Part shown: in pieces, positions 28,683-38,590 of the stretch
Layout of the letters: every line of letters begins with the position of its first letter
Position numbering within the stretch: the stretch's first letter is position 1
From: Candidatus Micrarchaeota archaeon
Lineage (GTDB): Archaea > Micrarchaeota > Micrarchaeia > Micrarchaeales > CABMGC01
Direction: 5' to 3'
Length of the DNA: 63,098 bases
NCBI GenBank assembly: GCA_021803245.1
Contig: JAJZLT010000016.1
Location: 1-63,098 of the forward strand
Notes under the pieces: model-generated
The model's database searches: none
What the model saw: only the letters and a program-made list of their open reading frames with translations
What the model was told of the DNA's origin: nothing
Program-made: the position numbers and the translations under genes

Positions 28683-29072
28683 TCATTCGGCAGGCTTCTC
28701 CTTCGGCTTGAAGAGCTCCTCTGCGCTCTTCTGCCCGTACTCCGCTATTACAGTGTTTATCTGAACAGTGTCTGCGCTTATGGTGTTACCCCTTACAAGC
28801 TTCTTTGCGCGGTAGCCTTTTGACCTTACCCTCATGCCTGTGCCGAACCTTAGCAGGGACCTTGACTTGCCTATTCCGTCTATCTCGCTTCTTGATGGTG
28901 CTCCTGAGCTGTCGCTCATTCCGGTTATCTTGAGCTTGAAGCCATCTAAGCCTGCAGGCGAGCCATCAATAACATCGCCTATCTTGCTGCCGATAAGCCT
29001 TGCCTCTGCTTCTTTCTGCACTTCAAGCTGCGCAGTTTTCCCTAGTTTCGGATCTGAAAATACTATTTGCAT
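28683..29072 (-). CDS. rps6e: 30S ribosomal protein S6e
   Basis: MQIVFSDPKLGK, LIGSKIGDVIDG, LKITGMSDSSGAP, KKLVRGNTIS...QIN. Confidence 0.93.
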   Translation of the reverse strand: MQIVFSDPKLGKTAQLEVQKEAEARLIGSKIGDVIDGSPAGLDGFKLKITGMSDSSGAPSRSEIDGIGKSRSLLRFGTGMRVRSKGYRAKKLVRGNTISADTVQINTVIAEYGQKSAEELFKPKEKPAE

Positions 29073-29084
29073 CAAATTCACCAA

Positions 29085-31244
29085 TTATCTATACATATTC
29101 TCGGGTTCATCCTTGAACCGCTTTATTCTCTCCGTTACTTCTTTTGGTATTGCCGGTTTTACCTCCCTTAGCGCCTTCTCGAAATCAGCATTTGTTATTG
29201 CATCGCGCTTCGCCCTTATTGCATTCATGCCGGCTTCCCTGCATATGTTCTCTATCTCTGCGCCGGTGTAGTTTTCGGTCAGGCTTGCAAGGTCCTCCAG
29301 TACTACTGTCTTATCGAGCGGCATCCTGCGCGTATGGACCTTGAAGATAAGTAACCTGGCCTCCTGATTAGGCATCGGTATGTCTATAATCTTGTCAAAC
29401 CTTCCCGGCCTGAGGAGCGCAGGATCTATGTCTTCAGGCCTGTTTGTGGCAGCCAGCACAATCACGTTCTTGAGTTCCTGCAGGCCGTCCATCTCTGTAA
29501 GAAGCGTATCAACGACCCTCTCTGAAACACGCGAGTCATTGTCAAAACCGTCGCGTGATTTTGCAATTGCATCTATCTCGTCTATGAAGACTATGCATGG
29601 CGAAGCCTGCCTCGCTTTTCTGAAGATCTCGCGTACCGTCTTCTCGCTCTCGCCTACGTACTTGCTCAGCACCTCAGGTCCTTTTATAGATATGAAGTTT
29701 GCTTCGCGTTCGGTGGCTACAGCCTTTGCAAGAAGGGTCTTGCCTGTGCCCGGAGGGCCTACCAGAAGGATTCCCTTTATCGCCCTTATGCCCATCTTTT
29801 CGAATACTTCCGGCTGCTTTAGCGGCAATTCGACAGCCTCGCGCAGCTCCTCTTTGGCCTTATCAAGCGCACCGATGTCTGACCAGTGCACGTTGGGCCT
29901 CTCAACGAAGACCTCGCGCAGCGCGCTTGGCTGTATGTTCCTGAGCGCATCCATGAAGTTCTCGCGGACCACTTTAAGGTTCATCAGTATCTCTGAAGGT
30001 ATGGACTGCTTGTCTGCTATCTTAGGAAGCAGGGAACGCAGAGTCGACATCGCAGCCTCTCTTACAAGAGCGTTAAGGTCAGCTCCAGTATATCCGTGGG
30101 TTATGTCCGAGAGCTCATCTATGCTCACATCCTTGCCAAGAGGCATGTTCCGCGTATGTATCTGCAGTATTTCCTTTCTGGCATTTCTGTTAGGCACGCC
30201 TATCTCTATTTCCCTGTCGAATCGGCCTGGCCTTCTTAAAGCAGGATCGATAGCTTCTGGCCTGTTGGTAGCTGCAAGAATTATCACCTGACCCCTTGGA
30301 GGCATCCCATCCATGAGTGTGAGCAGCTGCGAAACCATCCTTCGCTCCACTTCGTTAGTGGCTTCCTCGCGCTTTGGAGCTATCGCATCTATCTCATCCA
30401 TGAAGATTACTGTAGGCGCCTTCTCATTCGCATTCTTGAAAATCTCCCTTAGTTTCTCCTCGCTCTCGCCTACGAATTTGCTCACAAGCTCAGGGCCTGA
30501 GATTGAGATGAAATTGGCATCGCTTTCATTGGCAACCGCCTTTGCAAGAAGGGTCTTGCCTGTGCCCGGAGGGCCGTAAAGGAGCACGCCTTTGGGCGGC
30601 TCGATTCCAAGGCGCTCGAAGAGCTCCGGATATCTTATCGGAAGTTCCACCATCTCCCTTATCTTCTGCTTGGCATCGTCAAGACCTCCGATATCTTCAT
30701 AATGGACATCTGCTATCTTTACCAGCGATTCTGAGACAGGCTCTTCCTTGACAGTAAGGTTAGTAAGGTTCGTAACGCGCACTATTCCGTGCGGAGCAAC
30801 CTGGACTACAAGGAAATTGAAGACCAGGCCGAACATCGGTATTGGAATGGAATCGCCTTTTGTCAGCGGTCTGCCCTCAAGCCTGCGCTTCGCATACTCT
30901 GAAAAATCCGGAGAGAGAGGCGGACGCTGGCTCGGAGGCGGGGCTATCACCACGCGCTCAGCATCCTTTACCTCGGCTTTTGAAATAAAGACTTTGTCTC
31001 CTATCCCAACGCCAAGATTCTGGCGCAGGTATCCGTCTATCCTTACAAAACTCAGGCCCTCATCGCTTGGATGGGACTGGAAGACTATTGCTGCAGAGGA
31101 TTTTATCTTCCCCTTTATCTCTATTATGTCTCCTGAAGTGACATTGAGCAGTTTGCGTGATTTTGAATCTATTCTAGCTATGCTTCGTCCTGAGTCTGTT
31201 ACCAGAGCATCAGCAACAGTAAGCTCTATTGAATTGGTAGCCAT
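29085..31244 (-). CDS. cdc48: Cdc48/VAT AAA+ ATPase
   Basis: N-domain plus two AAA modules ([27 protein letters not shown], DPALxRPGRFD); C-terminal HbYX tail MYR. Confidence 0.97.
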   Translation of the reverse strand: MATNSIELTVADALVTDSGRSIARIDSKSRKLLNVTSGDIIEIKGKIKSSAAIVFQSHPSDEGLSFVRIDGYLRQNLGVGIGDKVFISKAEVKDAERVVIAPPPSQRPPLSPDFSEYAKRRLEGRPLTKGDSIPIPMFGLVFNFLVVQVAPHGIVRVTNLTNLTVKEEPVSESLVKIADVHYEDIGGLDDAKQKIREMVELPIRYPELFERLGIEPPKGVLLYGPPGTGKTLLAKAVANESDANFISISGPELVSKFVGESEEKLREIFKNANEKAPTVIFMDEIDAIAPKREEATNEVERRMVSQLLTLMDGMPPRGQVIILAATNRPEAIDPALRRPGRFDREIEIGVPNRNARKEILQIHTRNMPLGKDVSIDELSDITHGYTGADLNALVREAAMSTLRSLLPKIADKQSIPSEILMNLKVVRENFMDALRNIQPSALREVFVERPNVHWSDIGALDKAKEELREAVELPLKQPEVFEKMGIRAIKGILLVGPPGTGKTLLAKAVATEREANFISIKGPEVLSKYVGESEKTVREIFRKARQASPCIVFIDEIDAIAKSRDGFDNDSRVSERVVDTLLTEMDGLQELKNVIVLAATNRPEDIDPALLRPGRFDKIIDIPMPNQEARLLIFKVHTRRMPLDKTVVLEDLASLTENYTGAEIENICREAGMNAIRAKRDAITNADFEKALREVKPAIPKEVTERIKRFKDEPENMYR

Positions 31245-31510
31245 TTAATATCACCAGTTAGTAAATACTCTCTCATTTAATCTGCTTATTAAACTTATAT
31301 ATACCTTGTGCATTGGCAGCAGAGGCTATTTTCCATTTAGATGAAATTTTGCTTTTAAGACCGCCTTTGAAATGCTGTTTTTATTTGCTGACTCTCCGCT
31401 TATTCAGGAAAGATAGTATTCGACAATTTAGAAAATCAGGTGCAACCGGTAGTTTTCATAAATGTGAAATTAGATTGTTGAACAAACCTGCGATGCCTTT
31501 GACAGCTTAT

Positions 31511-32005
31511 TCATCTTCTGGCTGGCATCATTGCAGCCTTCATATGAACGCCCAGCTCATATCTCCATTTTATCAGGTTTTCAAAATCGTCTCCTTCCAT
31601 TTCGATGCCTTTGATTAACGCTGCCTTGAGCGCTCTGTTGGCTGCTGCTAGCGCCCGCTCCCCAAGCATTTCCTTTTTTGCTGCACTTGATTCCCTTGCG
31701 ATGGCCTCTTTGAACAGCATTGCGGCTTCAACATAGCGTGACATGGCAACACCTGCTAGCTCTTTCCTGATATTGCCATCCTTGCGCAGGAGAGGCACGG
31801 GTATGGAAAATGAGGCCTTCATCACTGCCTTGGCAGACTCCAAGACCAGATAGCCCCTTGTTTCAGGATTCTTATCCAATTTCCTGGAATCGGCGTACTT
31901 AGAAGCGCTAACATCCAGCAAGGTACTGTAAGTGGCATCTCTTTCAGCTTGTATTCTGTAATTTATTTGACTGCGTTTCATTCTCTCTGCCTCTTTGTAT
32001 ATCAC
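31511..32005 (-). CDS. Hypothetical helical protein
   Basis: 164 aa Ala-rich ORF in an otherwise empty interval; no recognisable motif. Confidence 0.55.
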   Translation of the reverse strand: MIYKEAERMKRSQINYRIQAERDATYSTLLDVSASKYADSRKLDKNPETRGYLVLESAKAVMKASFSIPVPLLRKDGNIRKELAGVAMSRYVEAAMLFKEAIARESSAAKKEMLGERALAAANRALKAALIKGIEMEGDDFENLIKWRYELGVHMKAAMMPARR

Positions 32006-32276
32006 GCTTTTGTTTTTTCATGATATTTATGGCTTTCCTGCTTTACCCCAAAGCCTCCACGTTGATGCCCATACTTTAAGCTGTAAAACTCATAAACGAT
32101 GATTTGATGAGGAATTGCCCCAACCATTCACACACCGATCTTGATTCCGAATTCACGCATATTGGCCTTATCTTCAGCTGCGGCATAATCTGCTAAATAT
32201 TAAATACCTTTCGATGTATAATGATATCTGGAAGGCTAGTTCTATAGCTCTCTTTATACTTTAGTAAGGCGTTTAT

Positions 32277-32429
32277 ATGGGAAAGTTTCCAATGGCAGAT
32301 GAATCGCTCCTCAGGATAGCAGTGTGCAGGAAGTGCAAGTCCAGGAACAAACTTGGAGCTGAGAAGTGCCGGAAATGCGGTTCTAGATTTCTTAGGCCGA
32401 AGAGGAAGGAGAGCAGGGTCAAGAAATAG
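32277..32429 (+). CDS. rpl40e: 50S ribosomal protein L40e (missed by ORF track)
   Basis: MGKFPMADESLLRIAVCRKCKSRNKLGAEKCRKCGSRFLRPKRKESRVKK; CxxC...RN...CRKCG...LRPK signature. Confidence 0.93.
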   Translation: MGKFPMADESLLRIAVCRKCKSRNKLGAEKCRKCGSRFLRPKRKESRVKK

Positions 32430-32453
32430 GCTTGATTTTTAAACTGTGATTAT

Positions 32454-32675
32454 ATGGCAGAGTTGTCACCGATTGAAAATATAGTAGTGCAGGCTATGAA
32501 GGACATAGGCGCTACGAGCGAAGAGAAGAAGAAGACAGCGGACGATATTGCAAAGAAGTGCAACAGGCCCAAGAGCATGGTAAATAATGCGCTTGTGAGC
32601 CTGATGCAGAAGAGCGTAATCAAGCGCGTTGCAAGAGAGAAGGCATCCGGGTACTACGTAATAGCTGGCGCCTAG
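32454..32675 (+). CDS. Small winged-helix DNA-binding protein
   Basis: 73 aa; TADDIAKKCNRPKSMVNNALVSLMQKSVIKRVAREKASGYY. Confidence 0.8.
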   Translation: MAELSPIENIVVQAMKDIGATSEEKKKTADDIAKKCNRPKSMVNNALVSLMQKSVIKRVAREKASGYYVIAGA

Positions 32676-32684
32676 GTACATCTT

Positions 32685-33608
32685 ATGGCTGAGAACGAGG
32701 CCGACTCGATAGAGTTCATTGCAGACTGCAGCAGCTGGTTCGTGAAGTACTCCAAGGAAATAGGCAGCAGCACCAAGCCTGTTGAAGTGTCAAGGTTCCT
32801 TGCAGAGATAAGGAGAAGCCTGGATGTCAGGGCATTCGCTTTTTTCGAGATAGATTTTGACGTGCTGAATAGCGCAGCTTCAGGCATCGTTGCAGGCACG
32901 AAAGGCCTGGGCGCCCTCGCTAATGCATACAAAAAGGTTAGTGCAGGCGAAGGGAAAGGGGCCGTAGAGAAAGCCGTAAAGGGAAATGAGCTTATGAAAC
33001 CCTTCGCAAATGCTTATCTCTTCAGAAGGGTGCTTGATGAGCTTGGGATTGATTACTCTCTGGATCCGGATAAAAAGGAGGTATTTGGAAATTGTGGCGA
33101 CGATGCGAAGGAAGCAAATCCTCCAAGGTACATCTCCTCGAAAATGCATCTGGAGGGATCGAAAACCCCATCTAATGTTATCTCGTTCCTTGCCAAGTAC
33201 GGAAAGTGGATCTCGATAAAGAAGATGAACGTAAGGAATGATACAAAACCGGAAGAGATTGCGGCGCAGCTTGCCTCAATACTATTGACTGTTGATAAAA
33301 AGATGTTTGAATATACGGGCATCGATATGAATCTGCTTGATGCTTATGTTGCATCCTTGGGAAAGATGAGAAAGAGCGCAGCTAATCTGGAGAAACTTGT
33401 CAATATACTTGATTCTGAGGAGGCTAAGGCGAAGATAAAGAATGCAAGCAGGAATGGCTCTGGCCTGGAAGAGGTATCAAGGATATATCTTTTCAGGCAG
33501 CTTCTTGGCGCCATGAAGCTTAATTTTGACCTGAATGCAGATGAACTTACTTCGGTATACCCCAATCTGAAGATCCCTATGCCACCTGGCAGGAAGCCTA
33601 AGAAATAG
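32685..33608 (+). CDS. Tandem two-domain DUF2666-like protein
   Basis: Internal repeat IEFIADCSSWFVKYSKEIGSSTKPVEVSRFLAEI / ISFLAKYGKWISIKKMNVRNDTKPEEIAAQLASI; C-terminal YPNLKIPMPPGRKPKK. Confidence 0.7.
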   Translation: MAENEADSIEFIADCSSWFVKYSKEIGSSTKPVEVSRFLAEIRRSLDVRAFAFFEIDFDVLNSAASGIVAGTKGLGALANAYKKVSAGEGKGAVEKAVKGNELMKPFANAYLFRRVLDELGIDYSLDPDKKEVFGNCGDDAKEANPPRYISSKMHLEGSKTPSNVISFLAKYGKWISIKKMNVRNDTKPEEIAAQLASILLTVDKKMFEYTGIDMNLLDAYVASLGKMRKSAANLEKLVNILDSEEAKAKIKNASRNGSGLEEVSRIYLFRQLLGAMKLNFDLNADELTSVYPNLKIPMPPGRKPKK

Positions 33609-33615
33609 TGCTTGC

Positions 33616-34251
33616 ATGAATAATGAGAGGCAACCACCAATTGGAAAAGTACTCATTCTTGTCAGGCACGGAGAGAGCGTTGCAAATGTTTCAGGAATAC
33701 TCAGCTCCGGGCTTGACCGTTACCCTCTGACAAATGAAGGCAGGATGCAGGTAGAGAGAGTCGCAGCCAAAATTGAAAATATTGAGGTTGATAACTTTTA
33801 TACCAGCCCCGTCCTTCGTGCATTGGAAACCTCTGAGATAATATCGGAACACACGGGCATCAGGCCCGAGGTAAACCCGCTTCTTGTGGAGAGAAATTTT
33901 GGCAAGCTGGAGGAATGGAATTTTGGCACAAGAGCAGCGCTTGAAAGGCAGAATATTATGCAGATAGAGAACAATTATCCCGATATGGAGCCATGGAAGA
34001 GCATAGAAGCGAGGATGGAAAGGTTTGTCAGGGGAACTAAGGATGGAGTAAGCTTGGCAGTAACGCATATGGATCCCATAAAGGCTTTGCTGAGCCTGAT
34101 ACTTGAAAGGGATGAAGCCGAAATGCGCGGAGTCAACCCGGGAAACGCCTCGATAACCGCGATAGATTTGCGCAAGAAAGGCTTTGACAGCGTGCTTTGC
34201 ATAGGCAGCCATTTTCTTCCGAAAGCTCTTCTCAAGGATAGCGTTAAATAG
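33616..34251 (+). CDS. Histidine phosphatase / phosphoglycerate mutase family protein
   Basis: LVRHGES, SPVLRALET, ERNFGKLE, AVTH. Confidence 0.9.
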   Translation: MNNERQPPIGKVLILVRHGESVANVSGILSSGLDRYPLTNEGRMQVERVAAKIENIEVDNFYTSPVLRALETSEIISEHTGIRPEVNPLLVERNFGKLEEWNFGTRAALERQNIMQIENNYPDMEPWKSIEARMERFVRGTKDGVSLAVTHMDPIKALLSLILERDEAEMRGVNPGNASITAIDLRKKGFDSVLCIGSHFLPKALLKDSVK

Positions 34252-34292
34252 ATAAGCGCGTTATCATTAATCAGGTTTTCTTATTTTATCCT

Positions 34293-34365
34293 GGGGAGTT
34301 AGGCTAGTCTGGCAGGCTTTCAGCCTTGGGCGCTGAAGACTCGTGTTCAAATCACGAACTCCCCG
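34293..34365 (+). tRNA. tRNA-Pro (TGG)
   Basis: Acceptor GGGGAGT/ACTCCCC, anticodon arm TCAGC-CTTGGGC-GCTGA, T-arm TCGTG-TTCAAAT-CACGA. Confidence 0.95.
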
Positions 34366-34398
34366 ATTCTTTTTGGGATATGAAAGCAGGCAGGAAAA
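34347..34398 (+). repeat. Direct repeat copy 1 (tRNA-Pro 3' end plus trailer, att-like)
   Basis: 45/52 identical, ungapped, to 35785..35836. Confidence 0.85.
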
Positions 34399-34536
34399 CA
34401 GGTATTTTCTTAAGAGTACTGTGCAATTATTATTTTGGCAGGGTTTGTTATCCAAATTTCGTATTTATCGGCTTATATTTAAATATTTCGACTTTTTACG
34501 AAATATATAAAAATAGTAAGATTTAAAATAAGAAAT

Positions 34537-35142
34537 ATGAACAGGCAGGAGATTGTTTACAGATATGTAGCCTGCGGCTACATTGATGGTAGGAAAAAGT
34601 TCACACAGCTTGAGATATCAAATGCTCTGAGATTGTCACTAAGTACAGTAAATGGCGCGGTAAAGAACCTCGAAGAAATAAACGCGGTAAGGATAAATAT
34701 GCGGTCGTTTGAGGTTATCTCGCTGGAAAGACTGCTGCTTTACTGGGCTACAAAAAGAAAATTTGCAAAAGATATTGCATATCAGACAAGAGTAGATGCA
34801 CCTGTCAGGGAAATAGAACGAGGCATGCCTGAGGACATAGCATTTACGTGCTACACGGCATATAAGCTTATCTTCAATGACGTGCCTGCAGATTACAGTG
34901 AAGTGTACGCATACGCTACTGAAGACAGCTTAAATGAGATAAAAAGACGGTTTGCGAAAGTGGACGGCCCGTCTAACCTAGTTGTGCTATCCTCAGATGA
35001 AAATATGGAAGGCATGATAAAAAACAAACTGCTAGAACATTCTTCGGTATGCAAAGCGCAGCTATTCGCAGACCTTTGGAATATTAAAGCATGGTATGCA
35101 AGGGACTTTGTAGAAGCACTTGAAAAAAAGCTGGGAATATGA
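34537..35142 (+). CDS. Winged-helix regulator / AbiEi-like antitoxin
   Basis: N-terminal wHTH FTQLEISNALRLSLSTVNGAVKNLEE; C-terminal AQLFADLW; ATGA-coupled to a nucleotidyltransferase. Confidence 0.7.
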   Translation: MNRQEIVYRYVACGYIDGRKKFTQLEISNALRLSLSTVNGAVKNLEEINAVRINMRSFEVISLERLLLYWATKRKFAKDIAYQTRVDAPVREIERGMPEDIAFTCYTAYKLIFNDVPADYSEVYAYATEDSLNEIKRRFAKVDGPSNLVVLSSDENMEGMIKNKLLEHSSVCKAQLFADLWNIKAWYARDFVEALEKKLGI

Positions 35143-35768
35143 AGGAATTCTGGAACAGCGAGATTACGAATGCGAGTTGGGTTAAGCTGCAGGAGATCAG
35201 CAAAGAGTTTGAGTTTACACTTATAGGTGGCTGGGCAGTATACTTATACACAAAACTGCAGAAATCAAAAGACATAGACATTGTGATTGACTATACCGTA
35301 CTTAGGACTCTTGAGAGCAGGTATAGAATAGACAAGAACGAGAGGCTTAGGAAGTATGAGATTAAAGGCGGCCTTTTTGATATAGATGTTTACCTTCCGG
35401 GTTATTCTGATCTTGCCTTACCTGCAAAAGATCTCTTGGGCAAATATAGAACGAGAGTGGAGGGTTTCAGCGTGCCAGTACCAGAAGCGCTGGTACTTCT
35501 GAAACTTGGAGCCGCATCTGACAGGCTGACAAGCCAGAAAGGTGACAAAGATGCAATTGATATACTTGGTCTTTTATTTTACTCTGGAATAGACATGGGC
35601 AAGTTGAGAGATATTGCAGAAAGGCATAATCTGCTGCAACATATACTGCTATTAAGAAATGTTTTGAAAGACTTTAGGCAGGAGAATTTTGTGTATCTTA
35701 ACCTGAATGCAGCAAGCTTTTCTAAGCTGAAGCGCAAGTATGCTGAAGTTATAGAGAAGAACTTATGA
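35139..35768 (+). CDS. Pol-beta-superfamily nucleotidyltransferase (AbiEii-like toxin)
   Basis: LIGGWAVYLY, SKDIDIV, DIDVY, PEALVLLKLGA, KGDKDAIDI. Confidence 0.8.
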   Translation: MKEFWNSEITNASWVKLQEISKEFEFTLIGGWAVYLYTKLQKSKDIDIVIDYTVLRTLESRYRIDKNERLRKYEIKGGLFDIDVYLPGYSDLALPAKDLLGKYRTRVEGFSVPVPEALVLLKLGAASDRLTSQKGDKDAIDILGLLFYSGIDMGKLRDIAERHNLLQHILLLRNVLKDFRQENFVYLNLNAASFSKLKRKYAEVIEKNL

Positions 35769-35784
35769 TATTTGCGTATAACTG

Positions 35785-35836
35785 TCAAATTACGGACTCT
35801 CGGATTCTTTCTGGAATATGAAAGCAAGCAGGAAAA
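35785..35836 (+). repeat. Direct repeat copy 2 (degenerate tRNA-Pro 3' end, att-like)
   Basis: TCAAATTACGGACTCTCGGATTCTTTCTGGAATATGAAAGCAAGCAGGAAAA versus copy 1, 7 mismatches. Confidence 0.85.
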
Positions 35837-35880
35837 TTGGAAGTACATATTTATTAAACCTAAGATATCAATCTTTATTT

Positions 35881-36429
35881 ATGGAAAAGAGGACAGTTTT
35901 CATTATTATTATGGCAGCACTTGTTATACTGAATTTGTTCAGGATTGGATTTAATCCTGCAGCACTCCTTATTTTAATTATTATCATGGCAATTGTAATG
36001 ATCTCAGTGCTTGTATATCAGCGGATGGTAGAAAAGATGGTTTCCGAAACTAAATTGATAGATGGCAAGCAGGCAATTTATGCCGCTCCTGCTAAACTCG
36101 AGGGCGAAGAGATTGACAGGTCAGGTATTGGTCTTGCCGGTTATTTGTATTTAACTGACTCGGATATAAGATTCAGATTAACTCCGGGAAATGCCAAATA
36201 TCTAGAAAGACATCCCCAACAAGAGATTAAGTTTGACATTCCTTTGGACCAGATCGTTAAGTACAGCAAAACACCAATGATAGGGCTTGGCGCAGAGGGT
36301 TTTTTGATAGCAACCTCTCGGAGGGAGTATAAGTTCCTAATACCAAAAGCAGATGAATGGATCCGGAAAATTGAGGCGGAAAAGCAAAAAATTCCATCTG
36401 AACTTCCATCTGTTAATAAATCTGATTAA
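35881..36429 (+). CDS. Membrane-anchored protein with PH/GRAM-like soluble domain
   Basis: Likely start ATG 35881; two TM helices then GYLYLTDSDIRF...FDIPLDQI...EYKFLIPKADEWIRKI. Confidence 0.6.
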   Translation: MEKRTVFIIIMAALVILNLFRIGFNPAALLILIIIMAIVMISVLVYQRMVEKMVSETKLIDGKQAIYAAPAKLEGEEIDRSGIGLAGYLYLTDSDIRFRLTPGNAKYLERHPQQEIKFDIPLDQIVKYSKTPMIGLGAEGFLIATSRREYKFLIPKADEWIRKIEAEKQKIPSELPSVNKSD

Positions 36430-36580
36430 TTAGCAGATTTTATTAGCAAAACCAAGGAGAAGGACATTTTCTTACAGCCAATAGAGTTAGTATTATCTGA
36501 TTTGTGGATTAGAATATAGGAATATGCCGGATTTATTCTTGGATTGATTTTTAACCGTTTAATAGAGGGAATTGGATAGC

Positions 36581-37177
36581 ATGGTTTTGTTCTCAGGATA
36601 TTTGGTGTTTCTAGCCGCATTCGCATCGCTGGCCAGCGGAGGCGTATACATATATGCAATGTTGAAAGGGAGCGCCAAGCCAAACAGGATAACGTGGCTG
36701 ATGTGGACCATAGCCCCCTTAATTGCATCGGCAGCGGAAGTTTCAAGCAAAGTAGGGCTGGCAGTAATACCTATTTTCATAAACGGATTTACGCCTTTGC
36801 TAATATTTTTGTCGTCTTTTGCGGTAAAAAAGGCTTACTGGAAGGTAAGAAAATCGGATTATGTCTTTGGCCTCTTATCCGCCGCAGCCATCCTGCTATG
36901 GTATATAACAAAGGCACCGGATATAGCGATATTATTCTCTATCGCTGCCGACGGACTGGCAGGAATGCCAACCATCATTAAGGCGCGGCGAAACCCTAAA
37001 ACAGAATCGATTTGGATATATGCCTCGGGAGCCTTTTCCGCCATTACCGCTTATACGGCAATCAATGTATGGACTTTTTCGGCTTATGCATTTCCAACAT
37101 ACCTTCTTATTTTAAATTTGATAATTATATTTACTGTCAAACATGGAAAGGCATCAAAATGGCTGAATAGTGAATGA
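36581..37177 (+). CDS. Multi-pass membrane protein (PQ-loop/SWEET-like)
   Basis: About 7 TM helices; KPNRITWLMW and GMPTIIKARRNPKTES motifs. Confidence 0.65.
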   Translation: MVLFSGYLVFLAAFASLASGGVYIYAMLKGSAKPNRITWLMWTIAPLIASAAEVSSKVGLAVIPIFINGFTPLLIFLSSFAVKKAYWKVRKSDYVFGLLSAAAILLWYITKAPDIAILFSIAADGLAGMPTIIKARRNPKTESIWIYASGAFSAITAYTAINVWTFSAYAFPTYLLILNLIIIFTVKHGKASKWLNSE

Positions 37178-37353
37178 CGGCAATAAATGCTGCAGGGGAG
37201 CGTGCAATTTATTGCTTCTTTTATTTAAAGAAGCTGCCATTTGTCGTAATATAACCCAGATGCCAGCTAGGCAGATACATATAGGAAATCCTATAGATTT
37301 AAATACTTGCAGTTTACAATATATGATGTCCTATATTGTTGGCTGGTGGATTT

Positions 37354-38301
37354 ATGGCATTGGAAGAATTTGAAAACAAGATAACAAGAGCAGTGGAAGA
37401 GCTGTACGAGAGCGTTGTTACTATAAGGAGCATCAGGGCACGAAGAGAGCATCCATTCAGTAGCGCGCCAATTCATGGAGCCGGATCAGGGTTTATAGTG
37501 GATTCTAAAGGCTACGTAGTTACAAACTATCATGTTGTTGAAGGGGCAGGAAGAGTCGACGTTGTAACTAAGGATGGAAAGGCGTATTCTGGAGATATTA
37601 TAGGGGCAGACCAGGAAACTGATGTGGCTCTGATAAAGATAGCTGGGAAAGGCTTGCATGCAGCAAAGCTGGGCGATTCCGAGAAGCTGAAGGTAGGCCA
37701 GTTTGCGCTAGCTATAGGGAATTCGCTCGATATGCCGGGCGGTGCAACGGTTTCTGTAGGCGTGGTAAGCGCACTGGGGAGGCCGCTCCCATGGGCTGAT
37801 TTCATCTTCGAAGGACTGGTTCAGACCGATGCGGCGATAAATCCGGGCAACAGCGGAGGCCCGCTTGCAGACTCCGAAGGAAATGTAATAGGTATTAATA
37901 CGGCCATGGTGCCGTTTGCTCAGGGAGTGGGCTTTGCAATACCGATAAATACGGCAAGATGGGTAATGGACCAGATCTTGAAGAATGGCAGGGTTATAAG
38001 GCCTGCACTCGGCATTTCTGTGCTGAACATGAATCATGAACTTGCCATAAGATTCGGCGTTCCTGCGGAATCTGGAGTGATAGTTGCAGATGTGCTTCAA
38101 GGAGGGCCTGCAGATGCCTCCGGATTGAGGCCAGGAGATATAATACAGAGGATAGGAGGATATGAAATCAGGGATATAAAGGGGCTCCTTGTTGCCCTCT
38201 CAAAAATACTTATACAAAAAGGTGTAAGTGTAGAATTCTTAAGGAACGGCAGGAGAATGGAGGCGCTGATAAAACCAGTGGAGAGGCCTATAGAGAACTG
38301 A
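37354..38301 (+). CDS. HtrA/DegQ-like trypsin serine protease with PDZ domain
   Basis: GSGFIV, VTNYHV, TDVALIKI, QTDAAINPGNSGGPL, GINTA; no signal peptide. Confidence 0.95.
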   Translation: MALEEFENKITRAVEELYESVVTIRSIRARREHPFSSAPIHGAGSGFIVDSKGYVVTNYHVVEGAGRVDVVTKDGKAYSGDIIGADQETDVALIKIAGKGLHAAKLGDSEKLKVGQFALAIGNSLDMPGGATVSVGVVSALGRPLPWADFIFEGLVQTDAAINPGNSGGPLADSEGNVIGINTAMVPFAQGVGFAIPINTARWVMDQILKNGRVIRPALGISVLNMNHELAIRFGVPAESGVIVADVLQGGPADASGLRPGDIIQRIGGYEIRDIKGLLVALSKILIQKGVSVEFLRNGRRMEALIKPVERPIEN

Positions 38302-38590
38302 TAGGATGATAGGCAGAGCATCGTGAAGGCGCGCCTGGCCAACAATTAGGAGTACTTGCGGCATGCGAATATGTTAGTATTGGAAAGAGCCTGCCTGAAA
38401 GATAACAGCATAAAGCCAGGAACTTTCATCAGGGCAAAAATCCTGACTGCAGAATCACCTTTATATGAGGCAGGCTCGCATGCCATTCCTCGCACTATTT
38501 CAGGCTAATATATATTTATGTGATGCGCAGTGTTGCCGCATGAAATGGCGTGTTTTATAAAGGTGCATTACCAATATTCATTGTGGTTTA

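Noticed and set aside
28483..28686. Short ORFs between the Nudix gene and rps6e (64 aa minus strand, 40 aa plus strand)
   Set aside because: No recognisable motif; cannot distinguish from intergenic DNA or a decayed remnant
29380..30291. 303-aa plus-strand ORF and similar long antisense ORFs (14298-15113, 57687-58469, 61424-62038)
   Set aside because: Shadow frames opposite well-supported genes
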